In this document: one piece after another, positions 25,836 to 39,050 of the stretch
Layout of the letters: every line of letters starts with the position of its first letter
Position numbering within the stretch: the stretch's first letter is position 1
Assembly (NCBI GenBank): GCA_000165425.1
Contig: CT868030.1
Location: 372,001-436,000, forward strand
Direction of reading: 5' to 3'
Length of the DNA stretch: 64,000 nucleotides
DNA from: Paramecium tetraurelia
Taxonomy: Eukaryota
Position numbers and translations under genes: made by a program
Notes under the pieces: model-generated
Told to the model about the DNA's origin: nothing
The model's input: only the letters and a program-made list of their open reading frames with translations
The model's database searches: none

Positions 25836-27916
25836 TCAATCTCTAACTGTAAACGATAATAATTTAGTTATTCTTAATACCTATTATATGGTTTCAATAA
25901 AAATAACGTAATGCAAATCCTAAAATTCTTTATAATATTTATTACTTTCATCCTTCCTAAAGTCTCTTGAGTAGTCAATGAATGCATTTTCAGTAACACC
26001 TCTAAGTTGCAATGTGTTTCGGTATCCTGCAAAAGTGCCTAATTGCACTTTTAATGTGAATCTCTGGCTTGAATGATTGCACATTTATTATTCCACCATT
26101 TTATGGTTTTCCAGTCTTTTTCTTAATTCTCTGCAAATTCCTAAGATAAATGTAATAACAACCTCATCAAATTCTGGGTTTTCTTTAAGCTTCACTACTA
26201 TTTATGGACCTGTATCACTATTGTTCCATCTGCTTGACTCGATGTAGAATCCTCTAACTGCTTCAGATAAATCATTCAAGGCTAACTCTTCTGCACCCTC
26301 ATCCTTTTAAACAATATTAGCAGATTAGGCATCCTCATTCACAGGAATAAAATTAACGCCACTTCTGTATAATTCATAGAATAAGGCTCCCACCAATAGT
26401 TTTTTGTATGCAAAGTGTTAGAATTCCTACAATATAATTTAAATAATACTGTGTCTTTCTTCAATAATTGAATATATCCTGGACCAATTTCAAATTTGAA
26501 TAAATCTCTTGCTCCCTAAATATCTAAAATAGCTTTTTCATTTCCAACACATCTTAATTTAAAACTCTTGTATGGATAATCCAGACATCTCTCTTGCAAT
26601 AATCCAATAGGACCTAATTTAGGAACACTTGCCACAATATTGGTTCCTTTATCCAACTTAGCATCCTCAACTCCATCGGTAATCCATTATTCACTAACAC
26701 GATCAAAGAATGCTACTCTCCATACTTTTTAATTCTCCTTGTTTGGAATCCAAATATAAGAAGGAAGTTAATAAGAAACCTTAAATGTTGCATTTAATTC
26801 AAAGGCTAATCTTTTTACAGTTTCCTTCAATTCATAATTGGACTTCAATGTCCATGTATTGACTTTCTTAGGGGGAGGCAACATCTGTAAATATTCTATA
26901 TCTAAAACACCTCCAACAATTCTATATTTGCTATAAGTATCAGGAGAATAATTATCGAAGGAAGTCCATATTATTTTTTGAAGGAATACAGAGATTGACC
27001 TTGGAACATCAACTGCTAATTATAATTCTGGATATTCATTAGGTTTATGTCTGTAACCAGATGGTTTGTTGGATGGGTAAATGAATATACCATACTTAAA
27101 GTCCTCAGTGGGTGGGAAAGTCTTGATCACTTCTTATTTAGTTTTATCATCCAACTTAAATGTTCCCTTTGCTCCTTCATTTGCCTTTTTAGTTAATTCT
27201 GCAAATTTTTCCTTTGATTATAATATATAGCTTTACATCAATAAATAGTTCGGCATTTAATACCATTTAAGTATTGATCTCTTCAAGCTTTTTAATAATT
27301 ATCTCTCTAATTTGAGTAATATATAATTTATTTCTAGCCACAGTGTCATTTTAAAAGATTTATTGCTATTATTGTTATTGTAATTATTATTGGTTTTATT
27401 ATAACTTCCTTTCAGCCTTTAGTTATGTTAAGAATCTATGAATGTCTCTTTCAATATTCTCTGCTTGTTATAATTTTTGGAGTTCTTCTGGAACCTTTAA
27501 TTCATTAATTATCTTTTATTCTCTAAGCATAGTGATGAATGTTGTCAATTAAGACTCCTACGTGATGTCAGGTTTTATTGAGCATATCAAAAATTTATCC
27601 CAGTCATCGTTTGCTCTAGCTACCTATAATTTTGGAATTTATATTGATAAATTACTTTCTTTGCATTATCTAGATTTTCCTTAAAAACACTTCTCTAAAC
27701 TTCATTCTCAATCTCTTCTTCTTAAAGTCTTGCCTTTTCTTCTTAAGCCAATCTTTCTTCTTCCTATTTTCGTAACCGTTCCTCTTCTTGCCTTTATTTC
27801 TCTTCTGCTTCCTTTCGAATTCTCTCTTGCTCTTCTCTTTCTTTCTTTTCTTGTTCAGCTTTTTCCTTTAATTCTTTCTTTGTCAATTTTTTAGGAGGTG
27901 GAGCTTTTGGAGGCAT
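25836..27916 (-). CDS. DNAI7: Axonemal dynein intermediate chain 7 / CASC1 (IC97)-like protein
   Basis: N-terminus MPPKAPPPKKLTKKE plus a Glu/Lys/Arg coiled coil, then WDKFLICSIKPDITQESQLTTFITML; C-terminus FIETIQQVLRITKLLSF. Both resemble conserved CASC1 blocks. Confidence 0.7.
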
Positions 27917-28402
27917 ATAAAATGTTTATTTATTATATTAGATTATCTAATTAAATTCCAGAATTATCTATTCTTCTTTCATAATAATCAAGAAATTCTT
28001 AGACACCATCAGAATTATGAATATTAAAACATATTGTTATAGTTTGGAAATAGCATATTAGAATTTTGGTAATTTTCATTTTATATGGAATTTTAATGAA
28101 GTTTTTCAGGTTCTTAAGAATTATTTTTAATTAATTTGAGTCAAAGAATAATTTTAATATATACTAGAATTTTTCATATAAAAAGACTTTGCTTTACCTT
28201 TTCATTCTTTTTAATTTTAATGTTTTATTCATTTACTTATCTCTATTTCTGCTATTTAATTTTATAAGATTAAAATCTGATGTAAATATAGAGTAAATTT
28301 AAATAAATGTTCTATGAATTATATAATTATTTCTAAAACGGAATTTTACAAAAATATATTTAGTAATATTATTCTAATCAGACAATTATTTTTTTTAAGG
28401 TA

Positions 28403-28759
28403 ATGAAAATGAATGTTGAGTTGAACGAAAATTAAATAGCAGATTCTAAATCGATGCCTCTTAATTTTGAACCCTTGATTGGTATAGTTTGCCAAGAATT
28501 GGATCAGATTTGTACGACTTCTATCTAAATAAAAACGCGAATTATTTAAGTTATAAGCATATCTTATTTAGGAAGAAAAGAAAAAGAAAAAGAAGTTCTG
28601 TTTAGAATCCAAGAGACTAAAATCCTATTGAAAATTCAAAAGAAATAAAATAATGTTTATCCTAATTACTGTTAATAGAGTAACTTTTTAACGACCTTTA
28701 ACATGTTAAAGAACTAGTATCTCTTTTTGGATGACTAATTAATCATTTATGGCTTTTGA
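28403..28759 (+). CDS. Short open frame (118 aa), hypothetical or gene remnant
   Basis: ATG..TGA open with TAR=Gln; no recognisable motif. Confidence 0.3.
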
Positions 28760-29151
28760 AAGTTTTTTTTATAATAATTTGTAATCTTTTACTTGATTTA
28801 TATCTTTTCTAATTTATAACACAAGGTTATAAATTATTTATAACCTTTTGGCTATCTTTGCTAATTTATATATTCTATCTTATTCTAATTCAAATTGCAA
28901 GCTCAAATTACTTTATCCATTACAATTTCACTTGATAATAATTACATATTTTGAAACTGAATCCTTTTTTACCTACTTTCAACATTTAAATGCTCTAAAT
29001 AAATGATAGTCTTTATTTAAGTGAATGCAGGTTTGAATATTAATGAGGGTTAGGAATATTGATTTTCTGGAAACTAAGCCTATTTAAAATGGTATTTAAT
29101 CAATATATAATTAGTTTCATATAAATATAATAACACTCATTCATAAATATA

Positions 29152-29599
29152 TCACCAGATAATACAGCATTATTTGGGTTGTTTGCTAAGCTTTTTTTAT
29201 TTTTAATATTTGAGTTCTAATATTTTTAAAGATTCCTCTTCTTTTTTTGTAAATTCCAATTTTTTTTGAGAATTTTAAATTGGAGTGGCAGTTTCAGCTT
29301 TGTCCATAAGTGGAGACTTGCTCCTAGGTGATCTAGCACTCAAAGGCATACCAATCGGTGACTTTGTTCTATCTCTTGGAGTCGAGGCTGGAGGGATTGC
29401 TTGCAAAAATTGAACATGCTCATCAATTGTAACTTCATATTTAGAACCGAAAGCAATTTATCTGCCTTTCCTATCGTAACGTCGAAACACTTTAATGTTC
29501 AGCATATAAATTACTTTGATCTTCAACATGTAGTTCCTTTTTTAAAGCACTCTTAATTGCTTGTTATTTAATTTTAGTATCACATTCTTAATTAATCAT
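29152..29599 (-). CDS. Small basic protein with C-terminal polybasic + CCIIW lipidation-like motif
   Basis: One 25-nt intron; RYDRKGRQIAFGSKYEVTIDE, an SP/TP-rich middle, ends KKLSKQPKQCCIIW*. Confidence 0.75.
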
Positions 29600-30352
29600 T
29601 TTATTTTTTCTTTCAATTAATTAATAAATTGTGATACCAGCTGTTTATTAATATTTAAATAAAAAGAGGTCTAGGGAATTATCAGGAATAAATAATACTT
29701 AATAATATAAATTTCAGACAGATGGACCCTTGCTGAGAATTCCTCAAACATTTTTTTAATTAAGGATTTTCTTTATCATATTAAATTAAAATACTTAATT
29801 ATCTACGAATGACAGGTAACTTGTATGCACTATCAGATAGAAAGGGTAAAAATGATTTGAACAATTGAAACAGACCATAATTTATAATGGAGATCCAATA
29901 ATGGCAAGCTCAAATACAATGGTTACAAAGAATCCTAAAAAGAAGAAAATACTCCCTTTTAATTTGCCTTTGTTTATTAATATTCTTACCTTTTTTCAAG
30001 AAGAAATGCAATGTGCTTTAAATTCCAATGAACAAGCATAATCCTATTAAAATGATAAATTGCCCATGACTATGAATGCTCTATCCAAGAACAAGATTAT
30101 GCTTAAAAGGAAGAGCAGAAGACTAAAAGTGAGAAATTCCATTCCAATTCCTAGATTCCTATTATTGTTATCAAATACATACTTTTAGAGTCATTCAAAA
30201 AGTACATTTTAAATTAATAAATATTTATATTAATATATATCATTATGGGAAATTAAATTGAATTAGTATGGAAGATTTGGATATATGAATGAGAATTCAA
30301 ATAGTTAGTTAGCTGGTCATTGAATAATAATAGTTAAAATTTGATTTGATGT

Positions 30353-31115
30353 TCAATAAAATGTTTTATGTCCTTCATTATTCTTATGATGCTTATGACC
30401 CTTGTGATGTTTAACATCTTATTGATGAAACTTATATTCATTGTGCTTTTTTTAATGTTTGAAATTTAAAACACTCATATCAGTAGCACTATGTTTGCAC
30501 AAACCTAGAAATCCCTTTTTGCGTCCATGTAAGCATTCTTAACCTGAAACTCCTGCTTTATAGACATCTCCATGTAAATTTGGTTTCTAAGATATGGTGA
30601 TATATTACCCTATTGTAAACACAAACGACGATCTCATCACTCATACCATTCTTTCTACTAACTTATGATCTGCCACAACCAAAGAATTGGACCTGAGCCA
30701 TTTCAATTTGTCTTGCATGATCTTCATGTTGAGCCCATTTCTTGAAAACTCTTTTAGCAGTCCAATCAGCACCACCATTTTCAACATCACCTAAATATGT
30801 CACAGAACCATATTGAGGAGGAAAAGAACAATCAATTCTAAAATTGGCTGGACATTTATCTGCACATTCTTATGCAAATCTCGCCAATTGATTATCCCAT
30901 TTCACATAATTCATATTTGAAGCAGTCTAAAATTTCCCTTACCAATTTTTTTATTTCCCCAAAGCTACATCATTTCTATGTTCATTATGCAATTCCATTA
31001 ACTCATCCTCCTTCTTTTTAGACATCCCTCTTTCCTTTACTCTTTCCTTGTTATCAGTATCACATCCAACTTTAGCATATGCAAATGCTAAAAACACAAT
31101 TAAAACGAATTTCAT
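30353..31115 (-). CDS. Secreted CAP/SCP (PR-1/CRISP-like) protein with His-rich tail
   Basis: Signal peptide MKFVLIVFLAFAYA; LHNEHRNDVALG, ASNMNYVKWDNQLARFAQECADKC, FFGCG, VVCVYN; one intron. Confidence 0.85.
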
Positions 31116-31140
31116 TATTATTATTTGTGAATTATTTTAA

Positions 31141-31395
31141 ATGGATAAATCAGTGTTGAAATTATATAAATCAATTCTTAGAGCTGGAAATCAATTCAAA
31201 GATTACAATTTTAGAGAATATGTCATCAGGAGGGCTAAATAGGATTTCAGAGAATTGAAGATTAATCCTGATCTTAAAAATTAGGTCATGGATAAGTACA
31301 CCAAAGAATTAGAGGTTGTTCGAAGACAAACAATTGTGTAGAATTTGTACTATTAGAGCAATAGTATTCTAGAGTAGAAATAATGCACTGTATGA
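31141..31395 (+). CDS. LYRM4: LYR-motif protein 4 / Isd11 (Fe-S cluster assembly, Nfs1 partner)
   Basis: MDKSVLKLYKSILRAGNQFKDYNFREYVIRRAKQDFRE...ELEVVRRQTIVQNLY. Confidence 0.9.
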
Positions 31396-31425
31396 GAATT
31401 TAAATATATATTAATATAATTAAAA

Positions 31426-33581
31426 ATGGCATCTTATTCAGGAGAACAATAAGTCAAAACTGTCATCAACACAGATGACATCAAAGATATAGTGGCAATC
31501 CTAAATAATAAATTCAATGAGAATTATAGTTTGGTATCCTTCGACGAACAGAATTAGTAATCATTCTTGAAATCTATTTTAGATTTGAATTCTTGGAACT
31601 GTTAAATAAAATCTTTACACATCTGGACTCTAGATGGACTATAGATATTAAAGTAGATAATCAAGAAACTATTATCTACAAAATTACTGAGTATTTACGA
31701 ATTCTAAATTACCCAGGCTAGTTTGATGATAAATGGTCCCAATCAGTCTTGGTTGCGGACAAGAAAGTCATCTATCCCATTTTTCATTACTTATTAACTA
31801 GATATCCAGAATTAGAAAAGAGAGCCTACCTTGCCAAGTATTTAGTGCCAGTCTTCGTGCCTGATGAATTTCAAATGGACAATGATATCAAGACTTGTGC
31901 AGATCAAATCAAAGATTTACAAGCCTAATTCTAAGTCCATCATCAGTCACTCGAGCAAGTCTAATCATAATCGATGAATCCAGAAGAATTAAAAAAAGAC
32001 ATTACTTAATTTGAATAGGAGAGAGAATAATTATTAAACAAAATAAGCAATTTCAAAAGCAAAGTCTCTTCAAAGCCCAATTTCAACGAATTGTTGGAAG
32101 TTACAAACATGTTAAGAAGGGAATAAGAAGAAGAAGCCCGATTATAGGATAAGTTAAGATAACAAAGAATGTAATTAGATCAAACAGATTAAATGCTATT
32201 GTAAGCCTAATAAAGGTTGATTGATGCCTAAAAGTCTTTGGCTCCCGATAACTCACCAGAATAGATGTTGATGGCTCTGAGGAATGAAGTGAAAAGAAAT
32301 AGGGAAATCAGTAAGGATAGATTGGGATTCGATTTAAAGGAACGAAGGAAGAAATTAGAACAAATTGAAAGACTGCTTGCTGAACCACCCATTACTTTGA
32401 ATGAATTGAATAATTTGGAAAATACTTTGATGGCCTTAAGAAGAGCAGTTAATCAAATGGAGGACAAATTGAAGAGAGAAGCCAAGCCTGAAGATGATAA
32501 ATTAACCATCTATAAATAACAAGCCTAATTAGTGGCCAAGAAGAAAGAAAGGGCTGTTGAGGATATCAAAAAAGTTGAGGAAGAATAGTAATTAATTGAA
32601 AAGGAGGTATTTAAAAAGGAAGAATAAATTGCAAAAGAAAGAGGACCTAATTATAAGTCTAAAGGAGAATTTAAGGAATATGCTAATTAATTAAAGGATA
32701 AGAAATTTCAATATCAAAAACTAAAGGATGAACTGAAAACACTCTAAGCTGAAAGAGCAACATTGGAAAGAACAGAATAGATCTTGAGGAAATAAAAGAA
32801 TGAATTGCTTAAATAGTAATAAGAATTAGAAAAGACTCATGGAATTGTTGGTTACAGCAAGAAAAAGGAAGGGTTGGAGAAGTTATCAGAAGAAAATCAA
32901 TAAATGAATCTAAAAAAAGGCTAAACTTTAGAGGAGATTTCAAAAATTGTTAATGAAATTTAAGCCTAAATCCAATTGAAAAGACCTTTAATATAAGAAC
33001 AATTGGCAGAAATCAAGACGATCAGATAATAATACTCTGTAAATTATATTATCATATATGCAGGATTTAGAATAAGTGCATAAGTAGAAGAAATAAGAAT
33101 TTGACAGAATTATGTTGGGAGTTGAGAACGATCAAAGCACCTTAGTGAATGATGTGAAAAAACTAAGAGATGAAGTTTATGGTTTGGATAGGAAAATCAA
33201 ACTTAACAAATACAGTTCTGAGATTTTGGAAATCAAGATTTAAAGATTAAATGATGAAGTACAAATACATAATATACTTTTAGGTTGAGTATGGCAAAGG
33301 AGGGAAATAATTATCATCATAATTTAAATCCAATTCTGAAATGCTTCAATAGAGAATATTGAAATTAGAAGAGAATATCAAAAATCTTAAGTAGCAAAGA
33401 GAAGCTGTTAAAGAGAATTATGAACCTTCATTGAGACAAGTAATATAATATTAGAATTTCATAGATGAATTATTTCAGTGATTTGAAGAAGATTTTGAAT
33501 GTCAAACTCTAATAGTTATCGAATGATTAGGGTTAGAAACAACAAATGAAGGCAGGTGCTAATAGATTAGTTATTGGTTGA
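31426..33581 (+). CDS. IFT81: Intraflagellar transport protein 81
   Basis: N-terminal CH-like FNENYSLVSFD, EFLELLNKI, LRILNY, KRAYLAKYLVP; long coiled coil; KGQTLEEISKIV; C-terminal ANRLVIG*. Confidence 0.92.
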
Positions 33582-33613
33582 TTAATTATCAAATATTAAG
33601 ATTATTTAGGTTT

Positions 33614-34259
33614 TCATTATTCTTGCTATTGCATAATTATGTCTGAATAAAAGACTTTATTTGGATAGAGAGTGCACATCTCTTTGATATCCATTCTTAA
33701 TTTAACATCCGTATGTCCACCTCCAAACCATATATACTCTAAGTTCAATATTCTATCAGAAATCAACAATGGCATATTTTGTATCATGTTAAAAGGTGTT
33801 ATAGCATTAAATTAATACCCACTTAATTGATATGACATCTTACATAATAAAAAATTACTTACTTCATCTGATGTTAATCTGAAGTGTAATTTATTTCTAG
33901 ATATTTATTTATTTGGGTACTTCTGATTCTATAACTATTTAAAATATTTATTAATCTAATATTGTTCTTAATTATTATACCTTCTCCCCTTAAAGTTTTG
34001 TGATATATTGAACTACAACGCAAATGAATTTAGGGTTGACTTCATGATCTGGATATGAATCATCGTACTTTGTGTTTTCCATTATGATAGATTTGCATAA
34101 GTGATCAACAGAAGGAGCTTATAATAATGTTTTCCTCTCCTCATAATTCAAATCAAAATAATTAGGCTAAGCCTGAAACAGCTTAAATTTCTTATATCCA
34201 TTCAAATCAAGATAAGTCGTCATTTTCTTCATGCATTCTGCGATTTCATTTTAAATCAT
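33614..34259 (-). CDS. YbaK/aminoacyl-tRNA-synthetase-associated domain-like protein
   Basis: APSVDHLCKSIIMENT, VVVQY, LSGYQFNAITPF, IWFGGGHTDVKL fit the eukaryotic YbaK-like family; two introns. Confidence 0.75.
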
Positions 34260-34341
34260 ATTATTAAGAGATAAATGAATATTATTATCAATTGGGACTA
34301 TATAACAATATTGTTTTAATAGCTTAAATATGAATGCATAA

Positions 34342-35493
34342 TCAATCTGAATGAAATTCAAAAAACTACTCAAATGCTAATCTAAATCGTCTTCCATCAA
34401 TTAATTTAACAGGCTCACTTTGTTTGTGTGGAGGACTCAATCTCAACCAGGTTCCATTTCTACTATCTAAATCCTCAATAACTAAGCCTTCCTCTATGTA
34501 AGTGAACTAAGCATGCTGACCACTCAAATGCTATTGATATAAATTTGAGCATATTTACTGTGTCATCTGCAAACATTGACATCTACCTTCCAAAAATTAG
34601 AGCTGTCTAATCTTGAGTTAATTCAAAATCAAGATTCTTATTTTCCATTATACCTTCCAAAACTCTGATGAAGACAGAACATTTACTCCCTTGGATTTTA
34701 ATTTTGGATATCAAAAACTAACCCAAACCCATATGTAAAATCAATCCTTCTTTCAATAGAGTGGGATTAGTTAATTAGACATAAGTTCCAGATGAAGATC
34801 CTAAATCTTGAAGGTAATAGCTCCCATTGGTTTCTTTATGAAAGATCTTGCAATGCTATCTGCTAACATAGTCTTCTTTGAGTACTAATGTGTTCTCAGG
34901 ATTTCTCCCAATTGAAACACCCTCCTTTGGGACTAAGATTCTCTAATTGCCATTAGTAATGTTGGATAAATAAGGACTACTATCTTATTTCATATGTGTT
35001 GATCTGATAATTTCATGTACATTATTATCTTCTTGTACAGTTTATTTGAACGATTAAATACTTTAGACTTAATCTTCAAAGATTGCAGCTTTTATTGAAC
35101 TTCTTTTAAATTGATTGGAAACAACGAGGTTGTTGGATGTATTATTTTCATCTTGTTATTGATTGATAATCTATTTTTGAGAATCGAAAGTTTGACCTTT
35201 TTCTAATGATTTCAAAAATTCAGAATATTCTTTGAAACCAATTTTAATCCCTTTGATTATAGATATTGATTACATTAGACTAACTTTTTAATTTTCAACG
35301 AGGATTCTGCTATTCCCATTTCTTTTAAATCATTATCATCCAATGTACTCAATAATGCTCCATCAACGGAATTCTATCTAAAGTTGACATCCAAGTCTTG
35401 TAGTCCTATGAATTTCAACCAAATGGTCACATCGTCGAGTTTCCACTTTTTAGGATCTTTAGGCAAGACCTTGTATAAGTCATCGTAATCCAT
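34342..35493 (-). CDS. SAM domain + two FHA domains protein
   Basis: WKLDDVTIWLKFIGL..FRQNSVDGALL..LKEMGI (SAM); IGRNPEN..VSRQHCKI..LQDLGSSSGTYV and IGR..LSGQHA..IEDLDSRNGTW (two FHA). Confidence 0.88.
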
Positions 35494-35646
35494 AATAAAA
35501 AATAAGCAATAATTAATAAAATTACAATACTGATTATTTGAAGGGAGAAGATATTTCGAAATGTGGACGATCCTACATTCATCATAGGATGAAGTATACA
35601 AAAAAATTCATTGTATTATTATTACGAATTGATTGATGATTATACA

Positions 35647-38035
35647 ATGTTTTATTTAATGATTTTTACGAAATAAATTCGCATACTTTTTGTTGCTCCT
35701 CTTATAATTTGTACAGTACTAATATTCTTTATGGCTTTCTATCCCTGGTTTGTAGAATTATATCAAGTTAATGAATGCATAAGCAGTTTGGGAACATAAA
35801 CGGAATAAACAGAATAAACTCCTCCATATTATAGTAGATTCTATATACATTAGACTAGCGCTGCTTTGCAATAGTCCTTTGATCAACTATAATGCTGCCA
35901 ATACCGTGATATATGGTGACGGTGCTTAATATTACATCCTTCAGAATGATTAATTGGTTTGCACAATGACATATCATTAATCACAAAATCTCGGAATTCT
36001 GAATAAGTTTGAGTCTTCACTATAAACAATAATTGCAAATATCACTTACATGAAGTCGACACTGAATTCAGATAATAGCAAAATAATTTAAATAACATTA
36101 TCTTTGGCAGCAATCGAATTTGTTTTAATAATCGCCGTAATCAATTACTATGCAAAATCCATATCTTTGATTGTGGCTTCCCCCATTGATGAACTCACCC
36201 ATTCCCTGAGAAACATAGATCAAAACAACATTGATGAATACTTTTCCGAAAGACTCTAAGGAGAATCTTCGAAACTGATCCCAGATGAAATGATCCTCTT
36301 ATTGAGAAGTGTCTATGATTTTATAGGCATTGTCAAAATAGCAAATGAAGCATTTATATAAGGTAATGATGGTCAAGCAATTATTGGGTACGCAGTAGCT
36401 AATCAATTTTATTTAGAGAACGGCAACAGATTGGGAGCAGGAGTCATTCAGAATAATATGGGAGTCATTCACATAAGAAATAGAAGATTTTAAGAGGCAA
36501 TCTTTTGTTTCAAGGAAGCAATAATCTGCATTGAGAATGAATGGGAAAAATACAAACACAAATATTAGAGTGTTGGAATTTATGAGGACGAACTAATCAT
36601 AGATCAGGAATATCAGAACTTAAGTAAAATAGTATTCAATCGTTGTTTTAATCTTTGTGAAGCCCTCAGTGAATTTCTATTATCTGAAATATTAGAACTA
36701 CAAGAATTATTATTTTCTCATAAGACTCAACGAAAATCATTATTTAATATGGAAAATATGATGTATGCTTAACTTGAAAACACACATGCCACGAGACAAA
36801 AGGCTGTTTCAGTTTTTAATTAAGATTAAGATGAGGAGTAGGAATCAATTGAAAAGATTATCAAAATAAAAGGGAATGCCAAAAGAAATGTACTTGATCT
36901 TCAAAAATTGAATGACATAATGTTCACTATTCGATCATAATTTTTGGGGACTCATGACTTTTAAAATAACATCATAATCCATAACATAGAAAAGGTGACA
37001 GAGAAGGAAATAGAGTTCCTTATTCAATAATTATGGAGAGACACCATTAGAACTTATGAGTATTGTTAAGATATAATGCAATTTCATTTGAACAAGAAGA
37101 AGTAAAAGTAATTGTACATAACTCAAAAATTAATTATCGGCTATTTATAATATGGTCAAATGAGCAAAAGCGAAGATCTAATCTTAATTGCTTATGAGCA
37201 ATACAATAAAATTCAGCAAGAAAATGAGGACACAGAATTAGGACATATTTCACTTCTTGAATAGAAGCTATACTTATCACATGGATTGGTTTTATATAAG
37301 AAAAATCTAAAGTTAGAGGCAGCGTAATTGCTGGTGAAATCACTATGTGTGAATGGTAAATTTAGCAGTAGAGATCGGTTATAAGCGTTAGTGATGTTGA
37401 AGGCTATATTTTAGCATTACAGCAGACCTCTTGTGAAAATTAATGACTTCTTAATCCAATATTAACCAATCGCTAAGGATTGGATATTCATTTTGGATGG
37501 AAGCCAGAATATGAAGTAGGATCTGGCTATTGTCAGAGCTTGTAGGACACTTCACAACATTATCAGGAACATTAATTCGCCAAATGATAGGGTGAGTTTT
37601 GGAATTCTAAAAGAGGACTACCATGAATTTGCTCCTTTGATTGGGAAAGTGGACAACGCGGCTTACATTGATAAGATTTTCTAATTGATTCCAAAACCAA
37701 AAGGAATTTGCAATTCTAATCTTATTAACTCTATAGCTGATAAGTATTAAGCTCATCCTAATTTAATTACTATAGGGAATGATAGATATTTAACCAAGGA
37801 TGGAGTTGCTTTTATGAGGTACAAGAAAGTGATAGTATTCGCTTGTTGGAAGTTTGAGGGTATCCCAATCAAGGAGGAGTTTATTATTATTAAGTTTGGA
37901 CAAAGGTCTGAGAGACAACTGGGGGAATAGGGGAATGTATTGTTTGAGGATGAGTGGAATAAAGTATTGAACAAATATTAATAGTTATTGACGGAGTAGA
38001 ATGACAGCAATTACTTTTTAGAATAAATATTATGA
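35647..38035 (+). CDS. Membrane protein with TM/HAMP-like segment, TPR and C-terminal VWA-like domain; 5' structure uncertain
   Basis: TM helix followed by ASPIDELT; GVIQNNMGVIH..FQEAIFCF (TPR); DWIFILDGSQNM..DRVSFG (VWA); TGA 38033-38035. Confidence 0.75.
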
Positions 38036-38093
38036 TTTGTACGTATATATAAATAATTCATAATTGTTGCATATATTAAAATATTTTATAATT

Positions 38094-38889
38094 ATGTCAC
38101 TTATCTCAAATGATGTTTCAAGCGATTCCAATATTTAGACCTTAAATTAATTAATTATGGAGTTTTACTTGGCACCCTTTAATTAGAAGCATTTATGCAG
38201 TATCCAACCCAGGATGATGAAAATGTTTGAAAATAAAATTGCCTCGGATCAAGAATCTGATATTATTGAAATATTTAAAATATGCTTGAGAGATTATGCT
38301 TCAGTATTCTGACAATGCATTATTTAATAGGAATTGCTTTAAGAGTTCTCTCAAGAGAATTTCAAGTAAGTTGAACATCTGTGGGAAATTCATTATCGTC
38401 TCTAAGCTACTAGTCTCAAAACAGAAAAATTGTATGAGATGTATTACAGTTTATTTAAAATTAATACGCCATGTCCTTATGGTACATCGATTATATAATT
38501 CTTAAGATTTTTTTGAAATCCATTTCGATATTGCTAAAAAAAAGAGACCGAATTTGCAGGATTCAAGAAAGGTGCATCAACAATATACAAAAGAACGCAT
38601 GAAGTAAAAGGTAACATTAGTAAAGATTTTGTAAGATTAAAGTTTATATTAAAAACCTCTGCACAATAGTGAATGTAATTAATTTAAACCTCTTCAAAAA
38701 AACACATAAACTATTCAAAAATAAAAGGATAAACCTCCTACTCAGACTCCTATTAATGTGAGGAATGAATTTAAGGAATTTGAAGATCGATTAACTAAAT
38801 TAGAAAACAGTTCAAATAAATTAGAACCCACATTTTCAGCTTCATGGACTTAAAAATATAGGAATTTGTTCTTGAAAAGGAAAAAGTGA
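38094..38889 (+). CDS. Hypothetical protein
   Basis: Coding-like frame from ATG 38094 to TGA 38887-38889 with probable short intron(s); no motif recognised. Confidence 0.6.
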
Positions 38890-39050
38890 TTTATTTAAAA
38901 TAAGAAATAAAGAAAAACATAATCAACGCAAAGAGACTTCCGTATTCATATTTATTGTTTCAATACATCCTCACAATATACATAGTTTTAAACTATTGTT
39001 TTTTAATGCAGTATTATAAAAACATTTAATAATATAATATATATATAATA

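Noticed and set aside
29700..30300. Possible Myb-like remnant (DRWTLAEN)
   Set aside because: A single short motif with no continuous frame; cannot be supported.
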